This document shows positions 1 to 12,426 of a stretch of 64,000 nucleotides of DNA, in pieces (position 1 is the first letter of the stretch; each line of letters starts with the position of its first letter). This stretch comes from Macrostomum lignano. Taxonomy: Eukaryota. Both the position numbers and the translations under genes were made by a program. Below the pieces are notes generated by a model. It was not told where the DNA came from. It made no database searches and saw only the letters and a list, made by a program, of their open reading frames with translations. Location: positions 248,001 to 312,000 of the forward strand of contig NIVC01001001.1 of NCBI GenBank assembly GCA_002269645.1, read 5' to 3'.

Positions 1-394
1 TTGTTTATCACTAAAACTGAATAAATTACTGTATCGAGCTGTACAATATAGGCAGCTTATTGATTAACCATTTGAAATTTAAACACGCGGAGTATCTCAT
101 TATTGATTTTTCGATTTCTCACTCAAGCTTCATCAAAGGGGAGGTCAAGCATTGCTTGTCCAAGTTCTCGGGTTGTCAGCAACACTGGGATGGATTTTTC
201 CTGTTACAAGTCTCTAATTGAAGCAGATTCCATCTGAGTCAGGCCTTTTTCATGTAACCCCCTTGATTTGCCGTTACAATTGCGCTTCATTCAGAGACAC
301 AGAGTCTTGATAGCTTTATTCTAAAAATGTTTGATAACTTGACAAACCGTTTACCGATAATTTTATTACATGTAGATTGAGTTTCTTTCAAAAA

Positions 395-687
395 AATAAA
401 TTAATTGATTACACCTGCCCTGATGGGCAGATGTGCAACCGACAGCTCAGCCGCAGCTATTGCCCGGCGCACCTGAAGGCTGCTTTCAGTCCAAGGACTG
501 GGGGGTCGCCACACACACCCTCAATTACCCCAGCTAATGCTGGCACTCATTTTACAGCTGGGTGAACTGAAGCAATGCAGAGTTAAGTGTCTTTCTCAAG
601 GACACAAATTGTTCCAGTGGGATCGGGAATCGAACCCTCGACCTTCAAGTCGTGAGTCCAACGTTCTAACCCCTAGGCTACAACCCC
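395..687 (-). mobile_element. tRNA-derived SINE with CORE-like central domain
   Basis: Minus strand begins GGGGTTGTAGCCTAGGGGTTAG (A box) ... GGGTTCGATTCCC (B box). It continues GTGTCCTTGAGAAAGACACTTAAC...CAGCTGTAAAATGAG, resembling the MIR/CORE-SINE core. 3' boundary approximate. Confidence 0.7.
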
Positions 688-892
688 AGAAATCAGCAAA
701 CCTAGCATTGTTGTAGCAAATTATTATTTGCAGATCTTAGATGGTAGAATTTTACTAGAGAGGAAATCTAGAGGTAGAAGTGTCAGGTATATAGAAAGCG
801 CATTGGTAGCTGGATGGATCTGTGAACTAGAATTTCTGGCAGATTTCGAAGTTGATGCAGCAGCCCATGAACTAATTCGAGTTTGGGGTGGC

Positions 893-929
893 GAGAGAGA
901 GAGAGAGTATGTGTGCGTGTGTGTGCGTG

Positions 930-993
<64 letters not shown>
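893..993. repeat. (GA)n/(TG)n microsatellite
   Basis: Direct reading. Confidence 0.95.
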
Positions 994-994
<1 letters not shown>

Positions 995-3900
995 ATTAGG
1001 CATTTCTTGGGACAAGCGTGTATAAACTGACCCGTGCTATTAGGACCAAAAATGTGTTGGGCCAGGCCCAATAAGTGCGTCCTGACACTTCCAAAAATGA
1101 ATTCTATTGAAATGAAAAAATATTCATTGGAACCGTCTTTCGATTCTCCTTTCAAAAATCAATGTGATTTTTTCATATTTTTAATCAAACACGGGGAATC
1201 TAATGATTTGCAGTGTCCTAAGAAGTTTAAAAAATTATGCGAACTGATGGTCTGATCCAACAGAACAATTGGGTCTCAAATCGGAGTTCTCGTTTTATTA
1301 CAATATTTCTTACAATATCAAGAAAGTCTACTACAAGTAACAGATAGAGGTTCTCCACAGGGCTGCCAATCGACACTTGAAAGGATCCTGACATTTGGCA
1401 TCGTGTTTACTATAAAATATGAAATAATTTAATAAAGATTTAGAATATTACAATCAAGCATACAAACCTTATAGATTTAGTATATTTAGATTTTTGCATA
1501 GAAACAGCTTGCATCTAAATTCATTAGCTTCCAATTTCACTTATACACGAAACATGGCAAATTAAGGTTACATCCGCCTGTGCCCTCGGCCATTTTAACT
1601 GAAATTCTCGTTTTCAGTCAGCTGCATTAATCTATTTGTCATATGTGAATGGGTATTAACTGACTCAAGTTAGTGACTGGAGGCCATTAACGTAAAGTGA
1701 CACTTTGAGTGAGGTAGTTTTCCGGTGGAAATTCTCACAGTCTTATGAAGCGCTTTTAGAGCAAAGAAATAAAGGGCAAAGAAAAACTTTGCATTTCCCG
1801 AGAAAACCGAGGACGAGTATTAGAGGGAAACGTTTAATCTCTAAGGCTTTAAATGACTTCCTTATTGGCCTGGGTTTGGGCAGCTATACTATGTAGCAAA
1901 ATTTTTCCTAGAATTATGATAATTATCGTCTGGTATACTGAAATGTACTGAGATACCAAGAAACTTAAGATGACTGCATGGACTACTGCTAGCACATGTT
2001 TGCGTGTCACTGTCACTGTAAAGTCGAAATCGATGACTAGTTTGGCCCAAAACTAACTACTAGGCCTTCCTGAAAAACAATTCTGCTTATCTTGGATCGT
2101 AAAGATAAACCCACGTACAGTGCAGAAGTGTTAGGACAAGCGTGTACAAGACCCAGGCAATCCCTTACCCAGGCCACGCGTACATTCCTATCGCGGCGGG
2201 GGGAAGCGGGGAGGAGAGGCGGGCGCAAGGGAGTCGGGATAAAGTTTACACTGAAGTTGAGGCCTACAAGAGGAAGAGCCAATTCTAACGGAAAGGTACA
2301 TGTAGAAGTTCCCTTTGACAAACGGCGTACTGGCGGTACTGCATATGTTCAAACGAATATAATTCATTTACGAGACCTGCACTACACAGACAAAATGTGC
2401 CACGTCACAAGAGTTTCCATGCATGACCTGGCATGAAAAGATTTGGCTAGGAACCATTACACATATGTAAGTAGAATTTAAAATTCTTTTTAAAATTTTA
2501 TGATTAAATAAAAACTTAACTGGAATTTACATATGTAACTTTTCTAAAATTCCAGATACGTTGATATCGATAAGCTACCGTTTTCTTCTATAACAAACAG
2601 ATTTGCCTTCATTGTCAAGTAAGTCTTGTCTCGTACTCGTATATGTCGTATTTTTTGTACGTTGAAAAAAATAATAAGCAGCCTAGTAATACTCTGAGCT
2701 CAGTGAAATATAAGAGAGGCGGCACGATCACCTTATTTATCAATTAATTTACAACAGCCAGTTGAGCAATCATAAGTAGGCAAAATTTACACTTCTAGGA
2801 AGAACAAATTTTACTAAAAGTTTCAATCAAAACATTTAGGAAAGAAATCTCGCATGACACATCGCCCACAGTACTAGAGACTTGGAGAAATACCATGTGA
2901 GTTTGCTGGGCAACTAATATAATATATTACTGTTATAATTCGATAGTCAAATTATTTTTCTACTCAAAGCAGTATTATTACATAACTAAAGAACAGTATA
3001 AAATGACAGCATTCTAGAACGAGAAACAAAGCTTACTGCAAAGGCAAACGCCGAAAGAAAAGCAGGGCAGAGTCAGCAACAAAAAAGAAGCTCATCTGAT
3101 TGGGAAGATGGGCGGTCAGCAAAGAGATAGGATCTCAGAAAATTGCAACTCCCAGTAACTGAAACTTAATTGCAATAAGTGTTTTGTTTTCTAGGGCATT
3201 ATTAAAACAAGCAAGCCTGCCTGCAGTCAGCTAAGGGCAAAGTAAGTTGCTGCGGCACTATCGAGAGAGTAAAATTTGTACATACTCCATCTGACTCACA
3301 CAAGCAGCACCGTTGGGACAAACTACGAGTATTTTAATTGTACAGTAAAATTTCATTGACAATGAAGCATTTATTAGAAAAGCGACATTTAAATCTGTTT
3401 TCAAACAAATCAGACAGATTTCTCAATAAGTGATTTTTCTTATGTGCGCCCACGCACAGGTTCGTCCGCATTCAAACTCGCCGCTGCATCCGTCATTTAT
3501 TTCACTTGCTGCTCACAAGCCGCAGCAGCAGCAGCAGCAGCAGCCGCTATCCGTGCAGGCAGTCAGTCTATTTGTGAATTTTCTGGTGGATCTGAAGAAA
3601 ACCCGTCCGGCACAGGATTAAAGAGAAAGAGACGATCTGTTTTGGGTGAGTATTATCTGCTGTAGAAGTATTGTACACCAGAGTACTTGTGTTACTTGGT
3701 AGAGCACAATTCAAAAGCTATGCAACAATCTCAGTGGCATTGTTGGGACACAAGCTACAAACGCAATGAATAGTAAACACAGCCCAGCCTAGCTCAAGGC
3801 TAGTAATTTGTTGGGCATTTATTGGGACATTGCAGCCAGGCCTATTTTTTGAACAGCATTTGTTGGGTCGCACTTATTGGGACAATACTGATTCTAATCG

Positions 3901-4154
3901 CGACTACTTCTGAGTTCTGACTTTTCAAAACAGACCCAGCATTAGTTGAACACGTTCTATTAAAGGGTTCCTTTATAGCCTATTAATGATTACTAAAGGC
4001 AAGCCTATCTTAATTGATTTCTTTTCCTCGCAGATTCTGAAGTCAGCAACGCCAGCGACATGCCTAAGAGACAAGAATGCGCTTTAACGATCAGCAGTGA
4101 GCATTCTGATCTCGCCGCTGCATCCGTCATTTGGTTCACTTGCTGCTGCAAGCC

Positions 4155-4226
<72 letters not shown>

Positions 4227-4836
4227 GCTATCCGTGCAGGCAGTCAGTCTATTTGTGAATTTTCTGGTGGATCTGAAGAAAACCCGTCCGGCACAGGATT
4301 AAAGAGAAAGAGACGATCTGTTTTGGGTGAGTATTATCTGCTGTAGAAGTATTGTACACCAGAGTACTTGTGTTACTTGGTAGAGCACAATTCAAAAGCA
4401 ATGCAACAATCTCAGTGGCATTGTTGGGACACAAGCTACAAACGCAATGAATAGTAAACACAGCCCAGCCTAGCTCAAGGCTAGTAATTTGTTGGGCATT
4501 TATTGGGACATTGCAGCCAGGCCTATTTTTTGAACAGCATTTGTTGGGTCGCACTTATTGGGACAATACTGATTCTAATCGCGACTACTTCTGAGTTCTG
4601 ACTTTTCAAAACAGACCCAGCATTAGTTGAACACGTTCTATTAAAGGGTTCCTTTATAGCCTATTAATGATTACTAAAGGCAAGCCTATCTTAATTGATT
4701 TCTTTTCCTCGCAGATTCTGAAGTCAGCAACGCCAGCGACATGCCTAAGAGACAAGAATGCGCTTTAACGATCAGCAGCGAGCATTCTGATCTCGCCGCT
4801 GCATCCGTCATTTGGTTCACTTGCTGCTCACAAGCC

Positions 4837-4917
<81 letters not shown>

Positions 4918-5526
4918 CTATCCGTGCAGGCAGTCAGTCTATTTGTGAATTTTCTGGTGGATCTGAAGAAAACCCGTCCGGCACAGGATTAAAGAGAAAG
5001 AGACGATCTGTTTTGGGTGAGTATTATCTGCTGTAGAAGTATTGTACACCAGAGTACTTGTGTTACTTGGTAGAGCACAATTCAAAAGCAATGCAACAAT
5101 CTCAGTGGCATTGTTGGGACACAAGCTACAAACGCAATGAATAGTAAACACAGCCCAGCCTAGCTCAAGGCTAGTAATTTGTTGGGCATTTATTGGGACA
5201 TTGCAGCCAGGCCTATTTTTTGAACAGCATTTGTTGGGTCGCACTTATTGGGACAATACTGATTCTAATCGCGACTACTTCTGAGTTCTGACTTTTCAAA
5301 ACAGACCCAGCATTAGTTGAACACGTTCTATTAAAGGGTTCCTTTATAGCCTATTAATGATTACTAAAGGCAAGCCTATCTTAATTGATTTCTTTTCCTC
5401 GCAGATTCTGAAGTCAGCAACGCCAGCGACATGCCTAAGAGACAAGAATGCGCTTTAACGATCAGCAGTGAGCATTCTGATCTCGCCGCTGCATCCGTCA
5501 TTTGGTTCACTTGCTGCTGCCAAGCC

Positions 5527-5565
<39 letters not shown>

Positions 5566-6175
5566 GCTATCCGTGCAGGCAGTCAGTCTATTTGTGAATT
5601 TTCTGGTGGATCTGAAGAAAACCCGTCCGGCACAGGATTAAAGAGAAAGAGACGATCTGTTTTGGGTGAGTATTATCTGCTGTAGAAGTATTGTACACCA
5701 GAGTACTTGTGTTACTTGGTAGAGCACAATTCAAAAGCAATGCAACAATCTCAGTGGCATTGTTGGGACACAAGCTACAAACGCAATGAATAGTAAACAC
5801 AGCCCAGCCTAGCTCAAGGCTAGTAATTTGTTGGGCATTTATTGGGACATTGCAGCCAGGCCTATTTTTTGAACAGCATTTGTTGGGTCGCACTTATTGG
5901 GACAATACTGATTCTAATCGCGACTACTTCTGAGTTCTGACTTTTCAAAACAGACCCAGCATTAGTTGAACACGTTCTATTAAAGGGTTCCTTTATAGCC
6001 TATTAATGATTACTAAAGGCAAGCCTATCTTAATTGATTTCTTTTCCTCGCAGATTCTGAAGTCAGCAACGCCAGCGACATGCCTAAGAGACAAGAATGC
6101 GCTTTAACGATCAGCAGTGAGCATTCTGATCTCGCCGCTGCATCCGTCATTTGGTTCACTTGCTGCTGCCAAGCC

Positions 6176-6237
<62 letters not shown>

Positions 6238-6238
<1 letters not shown>

Positions 6239-6330
6239 GGGACAAGAAGGCGCCCTCCTAGAGAACATCATGGGGTCCCCGGAAGTCCAAGGAGAGACCG
6301 AACGGCCAAACCTTGGAACTAACTGCCTTC
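6238..6330 (+). ncRNA. HDV-like self-cleaving ribozyme at the E1 5' end (enlarged L3)
   Basis: P1 GGGGAC/GTCCCC; P2 GAAGGCG/TGCCTTC; P3 CCC/GGG; L3 starts TCC and pairs with GG 6281-6282 (P1.1); P4 TCCAAGG/CCTTGGA; J4/2 CTAA with C6319. Confidence 0.75.
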
Positions 6331-9300
6331 CCAAACAGCGATGCCCCGCAGGGGGCGAGAGACTAAAACACGGCAGTGGAGATATCGATCACGACGTCAG
6401 AAATACCGATAACATCGACACAGTCCTTCGACTCCGCGGAGGGTGCGGTATAGCCCCCCGCAGCAAGCGGAGTGGTAGCGGGAAGAACGGCGAGGACCAC
6501 AGCCCAGAGCTCATCCTGCAATTCAATTGCAACGGCCTTCGGGCCCGTTCCACCGAGCTGGCCAAGTGGCTCCAGACTAATCGACCTGCAGCTATTCTGC
6601 TTCAAGAGACAAAACTCCGGACGGGACAAGTTTTTAACCCGCCGGACGGATACTGCGTGGCCGCTAGGTGCGACGGCCTCCCCAAGGACGCAGCCCAGCG
6701 GGGACAGGAGCCAGATGAGAGACCATCCGAAAGCAGCGCTCCCTCGGACACATGTCCGACGCCTTGGACAAGGTGTGGAGGACGTCGCCTTACTAGACCA
6801 CGATGCCGGATGCGCTGGCCGGAGGACCGCACCGAATGGTGCCCTGGATGCAAATCGGGCCGCACCGGTTGCGTTCGCAGGAACGAGCCATGGCCAACAC
6901 CGAGTCTGAATCAGGCGGATATCACAGTGATAGCAACAGAAGACGCAGGAACACACGCACCTGCACCTACGGCAGCGGCTGATGCAGCCGGGGCGACAAC
7001 GATTACAACACAAGGGGCTAGCTTGGCACCTCCTAAGAAAACAGGCTGGCAGTGCTGCAAGTGCGGCAACCAAATTAAAGGACGGCAGTATTCGGTCCGA
7101 TGCAACGGCTGCAACGACTGGTGTCACCTATCGTGTAGCGGCCTGGGCCGTAGCAACAGGTGGACAAGTGCTTTCAAAGCGGAAATGTGCAACTCCTGTA
7201 CACCTGTCCAACCGCCGCCATCACAGCCACCGGCAGAACGGAGCCCATCACCGTCATCACCGACACCACCATCACCGATACCGATACCAACAAATAAGAC
7301 TCGGAAAAACCCGATCAATCACGCGGCCCGCGGCGGGGCGATGATTCTCACCCGCTCGGACATTGCCGTTGACAACATACCGACGCCAGGAGATAAGGAA
7401 CGCGGCATGCTGGACGTCGCCGCAGCCGCCATCCACCTCAAAGACTCAAAGCCCATCACGCTCGTTTCTGTCTACGCACCACCTATCAGCGACCAGAGAG
7501 GCGAGACCTGGCACCCCCCCCTCAATCTCATTCCGGACGCCCAGCGCGTCATCATAGGGGGCGACTTTAACGCTCACGGGATTTGGGACAGCCACCAAGA
7601 GGAAGATGACAGAGGCCGCAGGGTGGAAGCTTGGGCCAGCGCAAGGAACCTGCGACTCGCTAACGGCGAGCGACACACCCGCACCAACCCGGCGACAGGC
7701 GCTTTATCCTCGCCGGATATCACCTGGACTAGCACCAATCTGCTGAGCAGCGTCGCGGACAGCTGGACAACTCAGAGTGACATGGGCTCGGATCATCTTC
7801 CCATCACGTTCCAGCTTTGCTCCGCTCACAAGCGCCCGACCAGGCAGAGGCGCCCTAGGACTGCAAAGTGGAGCTACCGAAAGGCGGACTGGAGTGGTTT
7901 TAAACAGGAGCTCGCCACCATCGATGCCGAAAGGGAACAATACCCGACGGAAGGTGTCGAGGCCGAGCACCTCCACGCCCTTATCTGCGACGACATCCTG
8001 AAGGCGGCGAGCCATAACATCCCTAAAGGGGCTCTCCCGAGGACCAAACCCTTCTGGAGCGAGGAGTGCGAGAAGGCCACCCAGGCCTGCAAAGAGGCGC
8101 GCCGGACAGCTGAAACTGAACCGTCCGAACCCAACATTGCAGCCTTCAAAATGGCCAGAAACCGAGTTCGGTCCACCATTCGCAAGGAAAAGGAAAAAGC
8201 CTGGAACGAGAAGGCGGCTCAGCTAGACGTTAACAGTGACCTCTTCCGCCTGCTGAAGAACATGAGGGGGGACGGGCACACCCCCGCCAGCAGTACATCT
8301 ATTACCAGGCACCAAACGGGTGGTACCGCGCCCAGCAGACCAGCGCGAACTAAACTGGAAAAAGCGAACCTGTTCTGCCAGATGTACAGCGCGGTCTCCA
8401 GAGTACCAAAACGCCCAGAAGACAGACTGATCAACAAAAAGGCCTATGAAGCGGCCAGTGCCCGCTGTTGCGATGCCGACAATCGCCAGGGAATCTGCCA
8501 GCCCTTCAACCCCACGGAGTACCGGAACGCCGTCCGAGCCCTGAAATCTGGAAAGGCACCCGGACAGGACGGAGTCAGTAATGATATGCTGAAACACTTA
8601 CCACCGTCCACTGACAAAAGACTCCTGGAGCTCATTAACAGGTCATGGATGGGAGGCAAGTGCCCATGGCAGTGGAGAAAGGCTACCATTATCCCGATTC
8701 CCAAGAAAGGGAAGGACGCCAGCAAGCCGGAATCATATCGCCCAATCGCCCTAACCAGCTGCGTGGCTAAGCTCGCAGAGCGCATGGTCCTCCAGCGCCT
8801 CCGTTACGCCCTGGAGGCCTCGGGTCGGCTGACCGCCAGCCAGGCGGGCTTCCGACGGGGGCGTTCCACTGAGGAGCTCATTGCCGACATCTCCCAGGAG
8901 ATTTTCGACAAGCTCGAGGCCACCCCGCACATCAGGTCAGTGCTCTGCCTGCTTGATTTTAGCCGCGCTTACGACAGAGTCTGGAGGGCGGCTCTCTACT
9001 CGAAGCTGCGAGACTTGGGAGTGCCAGCCGACGTCATCCGGTGGATCAAGGCCTTCCTGTCAGACCGAAGAGCCCGCGTGCGCGTCGGCGACTGCACCAG
9101 CAAAGAACGCATCTTCCGGGAAGGACTACCACAGGGGTCGGTGCTCGCCCCCACACTGTGGTTAGTCTACGTCAACGATCTGGCTGATGCGGTGCTAAAC
9201 GCCGCCGCGGGTGTTTCCATCAAACTTTATGCCGATGACAGCGCCCTCCTGACCTCTAACAGGTCTCTGGACACATGTGAAGAGAAGCTGCAACCCGCGC

Positions 9301-11047
9301 TGAACGCCGTCTCACAGTGGTGCAAGGAATGGAAAGTGGAGCTCAGCGTGGAAAAGAGCGTGTACGGCACTTTCACGCTGGACGCAAAGGAATCAAACGG
9401 CAAAAAGAGACTCAACCTGCTCATCGATGACAAGCCAATAGCCTTTGACCCAGCCCCGAACTACCTCGGTGTTCGCCTAGACGGTCAACTCAATTTCGCG
9501 CAGCACGCCGCGACAGTCCGCGCCAAGATGTGCGCCAGACGCCGACCGCTCGCAGCGATGGCCGGCAGGAGCACCGGAGCTGATCTACAAACGATCCGAA
9601 CAGCCTACATCAGTACCGTCCGCGCTGTGGCCGAGTACGCCGCAGGTACCTGGCTATGCGGCGCCGCCCCCTCCACCAGACGAGCTATTGAACAGCAGCA
9701 GAACGCGTGCGCGAGACTGATTACGGGATGTATCATGCCGACCAACATCCGCTCAGTCCTACAACTGGCCGGGCTCACACCGCTCTCATTCATCGCGTCC
9801 GAGAGGGCGGCACGCCTAAGGGAAAGAGTCCTCAGACTCGACCCGAGTGTCTCGGCGGGACAAGTAGCCTTGCGGAACACCAGGCCTAGACTGAAAAACC
9901 GTACCTACGAAGCTTTGGCACGCGATCACGGCCGCACCCACGGAGACGGCGGCGCCGACGACGAAGCACAGCCGAACTCGCTGAACCTCATCGACCCGCG
10001 GGACGCCACCCGCCCCTTCCGGAACTGCTGGAGGAGGGCGGCACTGGAGCTGCCGTCGGTTGCCATATTGGATTCCCACAAAAGAGGCGACCCGGTAAGC
10101 CCCGGCATCCCGCCGTGGGAGTGCGACACACGGGACATTAACATCCGCCTGGACATCTCGGCCCGATGCCGCCGCACGGACCCCCAGGAGTCCCGGAGCG
10201 CGGCGGCAACGGAGTTTCTGCAGTCACTGCCTGAGGCTGACATCAGCGTGTGGACAGACGGATCGGTGGCGGACGGCACCGGACCCGGCGGCAGCGCCGC
10301 TATAACCTGCACGAACTTGGCGAGCCATGTGCGCAAGGCCCCGGCCGGAATCATCTGTAGCTCATTTGACGCAGAAATGATAGCCATCCGCGAAGCACTG
10401 GTTTTTATTAAGAACAACCGCAGCCCGAGCGAAAAGAAGATTCGCCTATGTAGCGACTCTTTATCGTCACTGACAGCACTAGGGGCCGGACCACTAGCCC
10501 AGGCGACTAAGACCGGTACGGACTGCTGGCGCCACATGCTAGACATCAACGAAACGGCCGACATAGAACTAATCTGGGTGCCAGCCCACTGCGGCATCAG
10601 CCTTAATGAAGCGGCGGACCGCGCGGCCGGCATGGCAAGAGGCTTGCCCCAAGAGGAAGTGCCCATCTCCTTCAACGCCGCAAAAGCAGCCATTCGCCGC
10701 GATCGCCGGACCCTGGAGAAAGAAACCCTGCCGCAACCCTGGCCGGACTTCAAAGCGAGAGACCGGCGGGAGCAAACGGCGGTGTGCCAGCTTCGCGCAG
10801 GCATGACGATGCTCTGCGCCGAGACCCAGCACCGATTCGGTATGATCGATAATCCGCAGTGCCCGGACTGCGGAGAACTCGACGACAGCGCCCATGCGCT
10901 ACTTCACTGCCACCGGGAGACGCTCGACGGATGGCCCTGGTCGGGAACGATCACGAGGAGCTCCTCCGGAACCCGGGAAAATGTCTCTCGCTCCTTCGGA
11001 GCATGGGGCGATGGCCCCCGCAAATCTCGGCGCCGCCGCGCCGGTAA
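6270..11047 (+). CDS. E1 single-ORF polyprotein (MGSPEV...; leader-VLRLRGG-APE with Cys-rich/PHD insert-RT-RNaseH-Zn knuckle), one frameshift near 10908
   Basis: ATG at 6270 is homologous to the E2 ATG at 37386. The true C-terminus (LLRSMGRWPPQISAPPRR*, TAA 11045-11047) is in another frame and matches the E2 C-terminus. Confidence 0.85.
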
Positions 11048-11721
11048 AGCGAGCGCTGAAGACGAAGAAGAAGAAGAAGAAGAAGAAGAAGCAGCAGCAG
11101 CAGCAGCAGCCGCTATCCGTGCAGGCAGTCAGTCTATTTGTGAATTTTCTGGTGGATCTGAAGAAAACCCGTCCGGCACAGGATTAAAGAGAAAGAGACG
11201 ATCTGTTTTGGGTGAGTATTATCTGCTGTAGAAGTATTGTACACCAGAGTACTTGTGTTACTTGGTAGAGCACAATTCAAAAGCTATGCAACAATCTCAG
11301 TGGCATTGTTGGGACACAAGCTACAAACGCAATGAATAGTAAACACAGCCCAGCCTAGCTCAAGGCTAGTAATTTGTTGGGCATTTATTGGGACATTGCA
11401 GCCAGGCCTATTTTTTGAACAGCATTTGTTGGGTCGCACTTATTGGGACAATACTGATTCTAATCGCGACTACTTCTGAGTTCTGACTTTTCAAAACAGA
11501 CCCAGCATTAGTTGAACACGTTCTATTAAAGGGTTCCTTTATAGCCTATTAATGATTACTAAAGGCAAGCCTATCTTAATTGATTTCTTTTCCTCGCAGA
11601 TTCTGAAGTCAGCAACGCCAGCGACATGCCTAAGAGACAAGAATGCGCTTTAACGATCAGCAGTGAGCATTCTGATCTCGCCGCTGCATCCGTCATTTGG
11701 TTCACTTGCTGCTGCCAAGCC

Positions 11722-11784
<63 letters not shown>

Positions 11785-12393
11785 CTATCCGTGCAGGCAG
11801 TCAGTCTATTTGTGAATTTTCTGGTGGATCTGAAGAAAACCCGTCCGGCACAGGATTAAAGAGAAAGAGACGATCTGTTTTGGGTGAGTATTATCTGCTG
11901 TAGAAGTATTGTACACCAGAGTACTTGTGTTACTTGGTAGAGCACAATTCAAAAGCAATGCAACAATCTCAGTGGCATTGTTGGGACACAAGCTACAAAC
12001 GCAATGAATAGTAAACACAGCCCAGCCTAGCTCAAGGCTAGTAATTTGTTGGGCATTTATTGGGACATTGCAGCCAGGCCTATTTTTTGAACAGCATTTG
12101 TTGGGTCGCACTTATTGGGACAATACTGATTCTAATCGCGACTACTTCTGAGTTCTGACTTTTCAAAACAGACCCAGCATTAGTTGAACACGTTCTATTA
12201 AAGGGTTCCTTTATAGCCTATTAATGATTACTAAAGGCAAGCCTATCTTAATTGATTTCTTTTCCTCGCAGATTCTGAAGTCAGCAACGCCAGCGACATG
12301 CCTAAGAGACAAGAATGCGCTTTAACGATCAGCAGCGAGCATTCTGATCTCGCCGCTGCATCCGTCATTTGGTTCACTTGCTGCTCACAAGCC

Positions 12394-12426
<33 letters not shown>

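Larger units (their letters stand above)
6238..11090 (+). mobile_element. LINE E1: near-intact Ingi/I-group non-LTR retrotransposon (APE-RT-RNaseH-CCHC) with (GAA)n tail, inserted in a (CAG)n tract
   Basis: APE motifs ILQFNCNG, LLQETK, GDFNAH, SDHLPI. RT motifs GLPQGSVLAP, YADD. RNase H motifs WTDGS, DAEM, SDS, WVPAHCG..NE.AD. C-terminal CPDC...H...C. (GAA)n tail 11058-11090. The host unit continues on both sides. Confidence 0.95.

Noticed and set aside
60-3250. Degenerate multi-exon gene upstream of the tandem array
   Set aside because: Some splice-like sites and coding-looking fragments exist, but stops are frequent and I recognise no family.
6117-11231. 1704-aa ORF as one genuine poly-Gln protein
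   Set aside because: It is a composite: host CAG tract, then the LINE ORF from ATG 6270, then a frameshifted read-through into the host exon.
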